Below, piece by piece: positions 39,056-52,806 of a DNA stretch of 64,000 nucleotides (position 1 is the first letter of the stretch; every line of letters starts with the position of its first letter). The stretch is from the NCBI RefSeq assembly GCF_006345805.1, contig NC_043004.1:52266001-52330000 (forward strand). Reading direction: 5' to 3'. A program made the translations under genes and the position numbers. The DNA comes from Octopus sinensis (Eukaryota). Under the pieces are notes generated by a model, which was given only the letters and a program-made list of their open reading frames with translations, searched no databases and had not been told where the DNA came from.

Positions 39056-39326
39056 GAGGCACATGGCCTAGTAGTTAGAGAAGCGGACTCACGGTTGAGG
39101 GATCGCGGGTTCGGATCTCAGACCGGGTGATGTGTGTGTTTATGAGCGAAGCATCTAAGCTCCACGCCGCTCCGGCAAAAGGTAATGGCGAACTTCTGCT
39201 GACTCTTTCGCCACAACTTTCTCTCATTCTTTCCTCCTGCATCTTGCAGGTCACCTGCGTCTCGGAGGAACCTATACGCCAAGGAAACCGGCCCTTTTGA
39301 GCCAGGCGTGGCTCGAGAAGGAACAA
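39056..39326 (+). mobile_element. SINE family C with a third 3' tail
   Basis: TGGCCTAGTAG A box, GGGTTCGGATCTC B box, shared core; tail ends GCTCGAGAAGGAACAA; TSD-like tatcttatct on both sides. Confidence 0.85.
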
Positions 39327-39672
39327 TTATATCTTATCTCGAAACGGAAATTAGCCACTCTGTACCCAAAGGATTTTTAGAAGCTGTTTCTAGTCTCTGG
39401 CTTCAAGGAACTCCAGAAGAGGTTGGATAGACTTTTGCCGTTGATATCCAGATTCATCATCACTCCGCCCTAGCATTAATTCATTACATAACGCGAGAGA
39501 GCATATCCTTGTAGTAGCATTGTCCAGGTGGTGGAGTGTTATAAACTATCATGAACATTTTTGATGCAAAAATGGAAAAGCAATACACTTCATTCTAGAC
39601 GTAAGTCATTATTGATGATCGTTTGGAAACCTGAGCTACAGAGAGGCCTATGGCAAGAAGAATATTCTCACC

Positions 39673-40537
39673 GGATCGCCTTTGTTTATGTTGCAGAAGT
39701 TTGAGAGTGCATGACGCAAAATTTATGGTGCTGCATTCACAATCACGATATCGTAGTTCACTTTCTGGACTGGATGTGGCGTTTTGCCCTTGAGCGAAGC
39801 ACTTCATCTTACGTTGCTCGGTGAACATTTCAACAACTGGCGCTTGGTACACTGTATACCAACACAATCGACCAAGTAGATTTAATGGAAAGGGTTAGTT
39901 AATGTACACCACAGCCATTTGATCAGTATAAATAAATTACTTGTGCGGGTCGTTCAGCAAGAAATTGCAGAACATGCTTTCTCAGACTACACGAGACTAC
40001 CACCAAGTTGTCGGGGTCGTAGTATCGCTCACGGGGATCAAGATATTTCTGCTGGTGTGTTTGCTTTATGTCTGATCATATCCTGAGAAAAACAACGCTA
40101 GAAATTTGCGAGGATCGTGAGAACGGTCACTTATATCAAACTTAACATTTCCCAATTTGTTTAACTTATCACCCTGTTATGATAAAGTACAAAGCACTTC
40201 TAAATTTGAAATTAGAAGATAAAGAGCTGAAAGAAACATTGCTTTCAAATCTTGGCACAAGGTGAGAAATTTCGAGGAAGTGGCTAAGTTGATTACTTGG
40301 CCACCCCACTTCTCAACTGGTCTTAATCTATTGTCCTGGAAAGGATAAAAGGCATCGTCGACCTCGGCGGAATTTGAACTCAGAATGTAAAGGCGGACAA
40401 ATGCCGCTAAGCATCTTGCTGAGCCTGCTAAAGATTCTACCAGCTCACCCTCCTAGAGAGAAATATTAGTTTCAAATTTCGGGGAAGGGGTCAAGTCGAT
40501 TACATCGACCCCAGTACTCAACTAGTAATGATCTTAT
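39673..40537 (-). repeat. Right arm (probable donor) of long inverted repeat
   Basis: Reverse complement of 35217-36082; the outer end continues without a break into a SINE B copy (40538-40660). Confidence 0.97.
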
Positions 40538-40749
40538 CGATTTCGAAAGATTGAATGACAAAGTAAACCTCGGCGGAATACGAACTTAGAACGTAAAGAC
40601 GGACGAAATGTCGCTAAGCATCTTGTGCTGCGCGCTAACGATTCTGCTAGCTCTCCGTCCTAGATCCGAAAGAAATAATGGTTACAAACTTTGTCGCAAG
40701 GGAAAATTGTGGGGAGGGGATGAGTCGATTTCATCGACCCCAGTGTTTA

Positions 40750-41046
40750 AGATGAAGGGCAAAGTCGACCTGCGCAGAATTTGAACTCAGAACGTAGCGG
40801 CAGACGAAATACTTATTTCTTTACTACCCACAAGGGCCTAAACACAGAGAGTACAAACAAGGACAGGCAAACGGATTAAGTCGATTGTATCGACCCCAGT
40901 GCGTAACTGGTACTTAATTTATAGACCGTGAAAAGATGAAAGGCAAAGTCGACCTCGGCGGAATTTGAAATCAGAACGTTGCGGCAGACGAAATACTGCT
41001 AAGCATTTCGCCCGGCGTGTTAACGTTTCTGCCACCTCGCCGCCTT
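40750..41046 (-). mobile_element. SINE family B, one unit plus a partial second unit
   Basis: Reverse complement of the family B head and body. Confidence 0.88.
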
Positions 41047-41146
41047 AGAGCCAAAAGAAGCAAAGCAAGATGTTTTGTGCGATAATCAACGGTGTCTGGC
41101 AAATAATGACGTTTTGTGTGACGACGCTTACATCGAAATACTCAAG

Positions 41147-41187
<41 letters not shown>

Positions 41188-42054
41188 ACACACGTACACA
41201 GAGTCACTCTACAAACGCACGCCCCCACTTCACCTCCACCCACAGTAGCAAACAAGTTCGATTCATCAAAGAATAATGTAACATAATTCCGCTGGAGATC
41301 ACGCATAGCTTCCCCCACGCCCCTTTTCCTTTCCCTCTCAGCTACATATATCACTCTCTCTCTCTCTTTTGTCTTTCATATTCCATCTTTTTTCTTCCAC
41401 CCACCGCATTTCCTTGTCACCCTCCTCCTCTCGTAACCAATAATCCATCTTCAGCGCTATATATCAAGGTATATCAATGCACTTTAAAACAAAACAGATA
41501 TTGCAGTATTGCGACACACTTTCAATGGTTCATTTCTACAACTTCCTCACATCTCTCTCCCATTCTCTTAATCTCTTTCTCTCCCTCTCTTTATAACTCT
41601 CTCTCTCGCTCTCTCTCTCACCCGAATTTCTTTGTGTTGGATGACGTAGTACCGACGCTTGTCGTCGTGGCTGTAGTCTTCTCTTCATTTCCTAATTCAT
41701 CGTCTGACTGTCTTCTGTCTGTTTGACGTTCTTTACTTGCCGCCATTCCTTCACTCATCATTCAAGTTTCCTTTATTCTGACATATTTCTTTTACCTATT
41801 TCTTTCAGTCATTGTCTCATTTATTACTCTATTTTTCGCTGTTTCTTTTCCCAGCTTTCATCTATTTCTATGCCGCTCTACACGTAGACTTGCCATCCAT
41901 ATAATACGTGTCGCCCATTCATTATTCCCCTTTCCCAATTTCCTTCATTAAACCCCTTTCCCCGCCATCTTTTACTTTATATGTTTGGAAGAAACTCACA
42001 AAATAACCACAAATTGTCAATATATTGTGTTTTATTCTAGTTGCTGATTTTGGG

Positions 42055-42131
42055 GTGATGATGATGATAATGATGACGATGAAGATGATGATGATGATGA
42101 TGATGATGATAATGATGACGATGACGTTGAC

Positions 42132-42182
<51 letters not shown>

Positions 42183-42387
42183 GATGATGTGGCTTCTGTT
42201 GCTGACTGCTGTTCACACCGCCACCACCATCACCACTATCACCATAATCATCACCACCCTAACCACCACCACCACCACCACCACCACCACCACTACCGAC
42301 ATCATCACCACCCCAACATCATCACCACTTCCACTACCACAACCACCATCATCACAAAAATAACAACAACTACTACTACTACTACTA

Positions 42388-42419
<32 letters not shown>

Positions 42420-42420
42420 A
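42055..42420. repeat. Compound (GAT)n/(CAC)n/(TAC)n microsatellites
   Basis: Read directly. Confidence 0.9.
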
Positions 42421-42873
42421 TATTGTTATTGTTACTAGCGAAGCGAGCTGGCAGAATCATTTGCGCATCGGACACATTACTTCGTCTCATTTTATCCGGC
42501 TTCACGTCCGGGTTGAAAATTCCTTTCATCCTTCAGGAGTCGATAAAATAAATACCAGTTGATATCTACTTAAACCGCCCCACAAAATTTTAGGCTTCGT
42601 GTCTGGAGGAGTTTTTTTATTAGAATTGGCAGGATCGGTAAGAAACTAGACAAAACGCACAGCGGATTTTTCCGCCTTTACAGTCAGGGTTCGAAGTACA
42701 CTGAGGTCGGCTTTGCATTTCATCTCATTGAGGTAGACAAAGAAACTACCAGTCGTGAACTGAGGTCAATGTAATCAACCTACTCGTTCCTTCAAAATTG
42801 CAGGCATTGTGCCGTTATTTAGAATGATGATGATGATGTTAATCATCATCGTCATTATTATAATTTTTACTTA

Positions 42874-43412
42874 GAGAAGAGTGCATACCATCAAAGTGAC
42901 ACAGGGATACATATATACGAAGCGCAATATACCCATCATGGCTACCCGTTTGTACACCAGGTACATGTACACAACCATACGTGCGCAATACGGTGATCTC
43001 ATACCAAGACTAACAGCGTATGACATCACAGGTGGGGCCCAGATTGACATTTTTTCGGGTCGAACAACCCATCCCAATCAACAAATCCCTTAATAAGATT
43101 TGTTTCAAGATGATGAATGAAACATCCATGATTCCAGAGGTAAATTATCCAAACCCCAAAGAATTCCTCTCAATATATGGCTATGATGCGCCCCCTCTAC
43201 TGCTCGTGATCAGAGATGCACATATCATCAATCACTAAGGGTCATGCTGAACTGGTTAAGGCCAAACAACTGACATGCAAATCTGTGGTATTGAGCAGAA
43301 TATTTGCTGTAGCCCATCCTTTATAACAAAACAAAGCAATGTACAGAATAACGCTTCCAATCAGTTAAGATGAGTAGCCGTGAGAACTACTGCTTGGTAC
43401 GGCATCAGGGCC
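42874..43412 (-). mobile_element. (AAT)n-associated non-coding element, longest copy (~540 bp)
   Basis: Colinear with 61851-62330 and extends about 75 bp further 5'; preceded by (AAT)n. Confidence 0.85.
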
Positions 43413-43474
<62 letters not shown>

Positions 43475-44019
43475 ATTATTATTACCAAACTATTTCGCTT
43501 GCCGCTACGTTCTGATGTTAAATACCGTCGGGGTCAACTTTTCCGTTCATCTTTTCGGGGTCGATTAAATTAAATACCAGTTACGCACTGGAGTCGATGT
43601 AATCAACTTAAATAATATGCCTCAAATTTGAGGCCATGTGTCTCCAGTCGAAGGGATTATTATTATCACCAATATTATTAGGCGGCATACTGGCAGAGCC
43701 ACTAACGATTTGACCATAATGCTTCGCTGCATTTTTTGCTCTTTACGTCTCGAGTTAGGATTCAGTCGGAATAAATTCGATCAAAATTTAAGACCACCAT
43801 TATTATGAATATAATAATAGTTATTTTTCATGTAACAGCATCAGATATAATGGTAGTGTTATATTTATGAGTGTATACATATTAAGTCCATAAAAATATA
43901 TAAGCACATATATATTTCATTCAATTTATGCATACTTAATATATACATACAGCCCTTCTCCCACATACACATGTATATTTGCATGTATGTATACATACAA
44001 ATACATATATATACATACA

Positions 44020-44106
<87 letters not shown>

Positions 44107-44231
44107 TTAAGTGTAGACATATGTATGTATAAATTTCTACACATACTGTCACGTTATTGCAATGTAATTTTGAAGCAGATTACTATTAACCGAAACACAC
44201 ACACAAACACACATATTTACACACACACACA

Positions 44232-44267
<36 letters not shown>

Positions 44268-44567
44268 CATATATATATATATATATGTGTCTTTAACTGT
44301 GTGTGCGTCTGAGTGTGCATGTTTGTGTGCTTGTTTATATGTATATATGCATATACATGCCACTATGTGTGCGTGTAAGTAAGCATTGAGAGTTTTAATC
44401 GATTAATGTTTTATCCAGCTTACTCACTTATCTGTGTGTACATCTATGAATTTACGTATATATATATATATATATATATATAAAGATATAAAGATGTGCT
44501 CAAATGAACTTGAGGTAGATATATATATGTATATATATATATATTATATATATACACACACACACAC

Positions 44568-44698
<131 letters not shown>

Positions 44699-45177
44699 AT
44701 ATATATTCATATATATTTATTTACACATTTTCCTCTAGATAACCATTAAAGAAAACTAAATGTAAGATGGCGATTCTGCGCTTCATTGACGTTTTATTAA
44801 CTGTTTTTGATAAATATTTTACGAGCGACATTACAAGAATAAAGCTGTTGATTATATCGCTTACGGTAAAAAGATTCTTTTAGATAGAACTCTTGAAATC
44901 AATCCGTCTGGGATAGATGTAGCAAGTTAAGATTTTTGTATTAATGTTTAAATGTGCAGAATATAGAATACTAGATGCACAGATCTCGCTAGATATAGTT
45001 GCTATCCTTTTTATTGTTTTCTCTGTTCAGGGAGTATCATGTTCACATTCGTACACACACAATCATACAGACTCACGCCTGTTACTGAATTATGTATATA
45101 TACATACAGTCATCTCTGTATTTTTTTACAGATATATGCACATTTACATATAATGCAAATGTGCATATACATCTACT

Positions 45178-45585
45178 ACTCGTTTATACGTTTCAGTCAT
45201 TTGATTGCGGTCATGCTGGAACAGCACCTTTAGTCAACTCCAGGATATATTTTTTGTACTAATTCTTTGTAAGCCTAGTACTTAATCTATCTGTCTCTTT
45301 TGCCGAACCGCTAAGTTTCGGTGACATAAACACAACAACCCCGGTTTTCAAGCGATGCTGGCGCTTGGAGGGACAAACGTAGACACAAAGACACACACAC
45401 ATAAATATGTATACATGTATACACGATGGGCTTCTTTCAGTTTCCGTCTACCAAATCCACTTACAAGGCTTTGGTCGGCTCGAGACTATAGTAGAAGACA
45501 CATGAGCAAGGTGTCATGCAGTAGGACTGAACCCGGAACCATGTGGTTGGGAAGCAAGTTTCTAACCACAGTGCCACACCTGCGC
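45178..45585 (-). mobile_element. SINE family A, diverged full-length copy
   Basis: Reverse complement colinear with 3282-3690. Confidence 0.88.
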
Positions 45586-45592
45586 TTATACA

Positions 45593-45627
<35 letters not shown>

Positions 45628-46407
45628 TCATAGGTATCGGTATATATTTCACGTACATATACATACATTTATATCTATGTAATGACTGTGTGTGTTGCGT
45701 GTCTGCGTGTGTATACAAGTCGACTAACGACGTTCATTCAGTGTTTCTTAAATGAATCATCGGTTTAATCAATACGCAAGAAATTGCTACTGGAATATGA
45801 TCGTATTTTTAACAATTAAAGAAAGCTAAATGTAGATGTAAAATATAACGACATGAGGATATTTCGTATACGGCAGTGTACTAAATAGGAATATTCGAAA
45901 TAGATACATAAGCAATTTTTTAAACCCTTCAGTAATGAATTAGGAATACGTAATCATAGAGGAGAGAATTTAGGAAAATGCTTCTAAGAAATCCATGAAA
46001 TAGGCACTTACTGTGTGCTAGCTACCACTGGAGTTACACTTCTCGTGAATTTCATATCTCTTTTAGTTCTCTTCTTCTCAGTCCGCTGTTATTGGTAGCT
46101 TGTTGGGCGTCTACGAATTTTATGTAGGCTGCGGAGTGAAGAGGGGAGAGGAGTACTTGCCGCGGCACTCGTGGTCTATAGGATGGCTTGGAAACTGTAG
46201 GGTTCCTTGCTTGCCTCTAGATGGCGTCTTACCCCTATTGGAATACATGTTTCTTAAAAAGTTTTGTTGATATCTTTTCATTTGTTTCCCCACTTTTTAT
46301 GTAAATCCACACTGTCAATTGTCTTTAGAATGTCTTTAATATTATTCCCGGCTCTTGTGTGGAATAAAGAAATAATTTCTACTCTTATTATTATTATTAT
46401 TATCATA

Positions 46408-46479
<72 letters not shown>

Positions 46480-46650
46480 ATTATTATTATTGTTGTTATT
46501 ATTAATTATTATATTATTATTATTTTATTATTATTATTATTATTATTATTTTATTATTATTATTATTATTATTATTTTATTATTATATTATTATTATTAT
46601 CATTATCATCATCATCTTCATCACATTCATCATCATCATCATCATCATCA

Positions 46651-46685
<35 letters not shown>

Positions 46686-46998
46686 GTCTATTCCTTTATC
46701 GTATCAATCATTGAATTGCAGTGCTGTGAGAAGATCCTGTCATTTCAGGTGGCGCCATCAAGTTATGGCTCTGAAATTGTATCAGGGCTTTATTCCTATC
46801 GCGGCCATCAAACTCTCTGAACGACAACAAACGGAACGGCTGATAGAAGAGAATGAACTTCGATAACATTCATAATAATTACAATCATAACTTTATCTTC
46901 TTCAGTCATGATGATAATGATGATGATGATGGTGATGATGTTCATGATATTTTCTTTTATTTCCTAGAGGGGCCCTTCAGATGAAGGAAATGATGATG

Positions 46999-47070
<72 letters not shown>

Positions 47071-48659
47071 GTAATAATAATATTAATAATAATAACAACA
47101 ACAACAGCAGCAGCAACAGCAACAATAATAATAAAAATAAATACAACAGCAATAGCAACAACAACAACAAGAATTTGTACTTGAGGGATGTTGAGCAATA
47201 TTATAGTCGCCTCAAAAGCAACAGTGGCAAATAAATTGAGGAAATATACGAAGAAGAAGAAATATTGACTCTAAATGATAAAACAAAAATGAAATGTAAA
47301 ACAGAAAGGCTTGTACAACAAACTTCTAAATAAAACAAGCTTTTCCAATTTGAAATTTAAAATTGACAAGCAAAAGCGGTGCTCGTGGCATTTGTAGTTA
47401 ATTTAAATCTCTGACTCTTTGTTAATTTACAGTGGATTCTTTACTAATTAAAACGTAAGATCTTAGTCAAAACGACGTCTAATGTTTAAAAGTGGATAGA
47501 AGAGTTATTGGATTGATTTTAGCAACGAATAGAAGCCATTTATAAGAGGAAGAACGGATGAAATGGGATATTTTATATTTTATGACTTACGCTGAAAGAT
47601 TTGTTGCGCGAATGAAATGAAATCCTGGAATCTTTGTATTTGATCTGCTTTGCAAACAAACTGTGCCTAATTGCTTTACTTTTCAGTGCCTGTTATCCAG
47701 CGGAATATAAATTTGACCCCTGTATATAACTGGTATTTAAGCTGTGAACCATGCAATAATTATATGTCAACGTGACAGTGAGAGAAAGACAGCGACGGAT
47801 AGATGGAAAAAACAAAGAGGCTTGCATGCCTATGTGTATTCAAGCTTGTTTGGGTATTTGACTTATTTTACAATTTATTAATGTCGATGTTGTATCTCAG
47901 ATTTTTTACAATCTACTATATCTTGATTGAAAAAAACTACATATCGTTCTGGGAATTCTTCGGCATTTTTTGTCAAACAGTTATAAGCTTAATCCTTTTC
48001 TGAAAAATTTTACCCGCACTCATGTTACAACTTGCATACAATCTTCAAAACACCGATGCACATTCTCACATACTTGCTATAACTTTACCTCAACAGATAA
48101 TCTGTTTTTAGTTTAGGCTTGGTGATTCTAAAGTAGCACAAAACGGATTATTTCCTTATATTCATGTTTTATTCTTTACTTACTTCCTTCTTCCGTCTTA
48201 TACCTTGAACATCTCGTCATTGCTGCATTCATGGATGACATTGTAACCAGGTTTCGCCACTTCTTTCGATCTTCTTCTGTCTTCTGTGAGTCGGCGGATC
48301 TGAGGCATGTACCGTCTTTGATGGTAACCCAGGCGACGAACAATCTAGTATGGCTTCTCATTTAGTCATCATTATGAATGTATCATGGCCAAGTTAGCTT
48401 GGCTGCACCCATTCCTCTACCAGCTGTTAGCCATAGCCGTATGGCTCTATCTGAGACGCGTTTTGGACCCGAACACTAGGCTGTTCTGAGCCATATAGAA
48501 TCCAACAAATTGGGTTATGTCTAGAGTCAGTAGATGGCAATTCCTCCCAGCATTACATTGTGTCATTACTTTACTTGTATTTCAACCCAACGATAGATAT
48601 TCCTTCTACATTAGGAAGCTTACGCATCGACAAAATCGATAAAATATTTTCATAATGAT

Positions 48660-49100
48660 AACAGTTTTTAAAGAGAGTAATCATAGGGGTTGAAAAACGA
48701 ACCAGCTGTAACAGTGTGAACAACAAACGCTCATTGGGTAAGAGCAACAGATCACTACAAACTCTCTTTATCTGAAGGTTATAGTTTCCACACGGTAGGA
48801 CTAGACGGGTGCTGTGTTTTCAGGATCTAATTCCTTGGGACAGGACCGTCAATCACGATATGTACTACAACCAGCTGGACAAAGTAAACGCAACATTCCA
48901 CCAGAAGTTAATCGTACGAGCATTATTTTTCATCTCAACAATACTAGATTTCACACTTACATGCAAACGTGGCAAAAGGTACTGGGATTGACTATAAATA
49001 TTACCGCACGTTCTGTATTGAACCCCACCTTCACCATTTAGAATTTGACCTGTTTCAGTTACTTCAAATTTCATTGAATGAATAGGCCATCGACTCAAAA
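48660..49100 (+). mobile_element. Mariner (DD34D) transposase catalytic-domain relic
   Basis: FLKRVIIGVEK (cf. FLKRIVTGDEK); TVNHDMYYNQLDKV; IIFHLNNTRFH (cf. FHHDNARPH); QKVLGL..ILPH..LFQLLQISL. Confidence 0.85.
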
Positions 49101-49533
49101 GTGGATATAAAATTTCGGCTGGAAGTTTATTCTCTACTAATACGAGTAACTGCAGTGTATTTGCCTTTTAGAAGTTGAAATATGTGACAATCATATTTCA
49201 ACTAACCTAAATTCTGCTCCTATCTAAAAACTGCTTTGCGCCAATGCTTCGTTATTAACCTTGATCGGCAGATCTACTAGCGCAAATCAGTCAACGTGAT
49301 GACTGGATTACATATAAAGCTACATCATTATTTAGTTCGTTCAGAGTTGCTTCTCTTATGTATATCGCATTGACAAGAGTAAGGAAAAAATCGAAACATC
49401 GATGCCTGAGATTCCTAATAGTGGGCGACGCTGAATAAACCGATGTTTTCACACATTTTTACCATAAGAGAGAGTTTGTGCTTCACGGTAACAAACAAAC
49501 TTTCTCATTTCAGATTTATAGATATTGCTATAC

Positions 49534-49604
<71 letters not shown>

Positions 49605-51390
49605 GTGTGTGTGTGTGTGGTGTGTGTGTGTGTGTGTGTGTGTGTATAATCCAATGCACATTGTATTAACTGTATTTAAAAAAACCAGCTACTATTTTCT
49701 TGCCATTCATACACGGTTACAACGTTATCAATCGTAGCCTAGTTCGAGACTAATAGGCGACAAATCTATGAAAATCGGTAGTGTGTTTGTTTTTGGCCAA
49801 TCCAATATTTCCATGCATTACCAAATGTGTCATTCCGTAATATTAAACTGCGTAATGAGATAGAAGGATATCATGTCTTCTATTTCTAGCTGCTTCATTA
49901 ACCACATAGAGGATCCCTATTCATCTCGTTGTAAATCAGATAGTTACAGTGAAGAGGCCAGCAGTTATAGGATTCGTATCCGGAAATTAAGAGCAAGAAT
50001 GCTGTAACCGAGTAATGCGTTGGTGACTAATGATACTATTGTTACTTTTGTTTATTTTCTATGCATTTCTAAATTTCATCTGGATTGAATAGTGTGGTTA
50101 ATACTCTTCCTTAGGATATTGTTCTAACAGTGTTCATGCAGTGCTTGCTTTGTGTTTTCTGTATTCTGATTAAGGTGTTATAGATACTGAATGCTTGCAT
50201 AGACAAAATCCCCTGAAAAGGAATACTGCAAGTTTCTAAACACTAGGAGCGAAACAGTTTAAAATAGATCCACTGAAGACATTCTTGCGGCCAAGTGAAA
50301 TACATCCCAGTTCAGGGAAATAAGATCACTTGAATATCATGAGTCCGGTCACCACTAAATATGGCATTTCAATAACATCAGAAAGACAGCTTGGAGTCAG
50401 GACTTAGTGGGCCTAGATCCCCTTAGTTGTCAGTAACGAGTCGAAACACAAGCTTGAGAAACCAGCTACTCAGGAGGATTTCTCCTGATGTTTGCCCGTC
50501 CTGGAGCGTGTTCTCACTGTATAGACACAGAACCATTCATGTATAAATCCACACATAAATGTGCACATGCATTACTAATAAGATGACTATTTCTCCGAAA
50601 AAACTGGAAGGAGCATATCTTTTGATAACTGCTTCCAAAATAGTACCTCGCATACACTTATTTTAAATTTACAATTATGCCAGTAATTATTTATACAGTT
50701 CATTATGTTAGGAAATATCCAAGCTAAAATTGGCACAAAAGTCTACGATTTTTAATGAAGAATGAAACCTGCTAAGATGCAATTTATAGTTTTAATGTGT
50801 AAGTGGAACAGAAAAAATATGCAGGGTAAATATTCGTAAAGTTTGACAGGTATTAATTACAGTTTGTGCTATTAGAATTCCAGTGATCGAACTTTTGTGT
50901 CTTTGTTACATGACATCAACCTTAGTCTACGAAGACTACAAATAAATATAGGTAACGTATACATACACGCAAGTGCACACATAAATATACTTATACATAG
51001 ATACACACATATACAGTCATATGAATACACATATAAAAGCGCCCATGCATATACGAGTAATTCTGTGTTTATGCGAATTTATTAATCAATCTGTCCATCC
51101 CCCCCCCCCAAAAAAATGCAAAAGTATTCGTTAATATATGTTTGGACGTATATATAGACAAGCACACGTACACAAACTGACGTGCACCTAAACGAGTGAA
51201 TATATACATACGTAATACATACATATATAAAAATAAAGATATTTTCTATATAGGTATTATTTGATATTAATATATGTACATATATGTATATATGTATATA
51301 TATGTTGTGTCTGTGTGCGCATATATATATATATATGATATATATATATATATAATATATATACACACATATACATACTTACATACATAC

Positions 51391-51441
<51 letters not shown>

Positions 51442-51507
51442 ATATACATATACATACATGCATACATATATACATACATACATATATATATATATATGGT
51501 GAATTAT

Positions 51508-51571
<64 letters not shown>

Positions 51572-52109
51572 AGTAGATAGATAGAAAATCATGTGCATCT
51601 CTACATATTTTGTAAACGAATGTACGTGTACATAAGTATAGAAATCCATCTATCTAATAATATATATGTACATGCCAAGACAGTCGATGGGCAAAATTTG
51701 ATATAACGTACGAAACACGACAGCCATTTTAAATGAAATTTCCATGTCATTTCACTGACATTTTGGACAATGGTCAGTTTTCTAAACATAGCAACTTCTA
51801 TCAGTATAAGACACAAGCACAATATACTAAGATGGCCGTGTTCCAACAAAAAATTCTGAGTCGTGTGACGTAAAGGTTTTGTGGAGCCTGGCTGTGATAA
51901 GAGCTTTGTGATTCATGGTATTAAAAATGTTCTTTTATATAAATGTTTCCATCGCTGTGTATATCTATCTATCTATCTATCTATCTATGTAACTATCTAT
52001 CTATGTCTATATCTATGAATCTATATATCTACCTATCTATCTCTCTATGTATGTATGTATGTATGTATCTATCTATCTATCATATACATATACATACATG
52101 CATACATAT

Positions 52110-52200
<91 letters not shown>

Positions 52201-52205
52201 ATATA

Positions 52206-52388
52206 GTTAATCCAAACATGAAAGCACAAAAAAACACAGCAACGCGAGGACGTGGAACAAATATAGTATTATTGGACGCTCAGGAAAGAAGGAAAGAAAG
52301 AGGGGTTAACGTTTTCTGTGGAGCTCTTCTTCGGAAACATAGGAGAAGGAAATATCCAGAGAAGGGAAGAAGAGGAAACAAAATCGCC
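52206..52388 (-). mobile_element. Second copy of the ~185-bp hammerhead-bearing repeat in (TA)n
   Basis: Same termini as 1435-1620; motif gttt-CCGAAGA-agagc..aaaacgttaacc with stem II damaged. Confidence 0.75.
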
Positions 52389-52806
52389 ATATATATATAT
52401 ATATATATATATATAGGCACACACATCTATATATGTACTTACACATGCATGTATATACATGTTCATACATAAACGAGCGAGTACTGAAAAGTTCCTGGCT
52501 TTGTCTAAAGGTGTTTCACTTTTACCATTTATGAAATCAGCGAACGATTTCAATGGAAATCTTATAAACTCACAAGGCAGCTGAGTTTAACCATAGGGGT
52601 GGGGTGGGGTGGGGTCGAGCCACTGATGAGCATACAAATGCGAAATCATCCATAATCCTTTTATATCTGCTGCTGTAGAGAGATTGTCTCCCTTGTCAGT
52701 TCTGTGACGTATATATTCCTGCCTTTAGGTTGTAAAATTGTGAATTAGCCACCAATATTATAGATATGTATACATAAATACATACATGCATACATATATA
52801 TATATA

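Noticed and set aside
35217-40537. Large TIR transposon (Polinton, Mutator or foldback) carrying cargo
   Set aside because: No TSD or transposase; the arms are old SINE mosaics; the right arm is continuous with its outer flank while the left arm interrupts a Dong motif.
46735-46820. Short hairpin or miRNA candidate
   Set aside because: The stem is short and bulged; the adjacent FIP.AAIKL resembles a LINE C-terminus, so neither call is supportable.
48220-50530. Possible RTE fragments at 48220-48540 and 50100-50350
   Set aside because: Only faint motif similarity (e.g. EDRKKWR); too decayed to call by eye.
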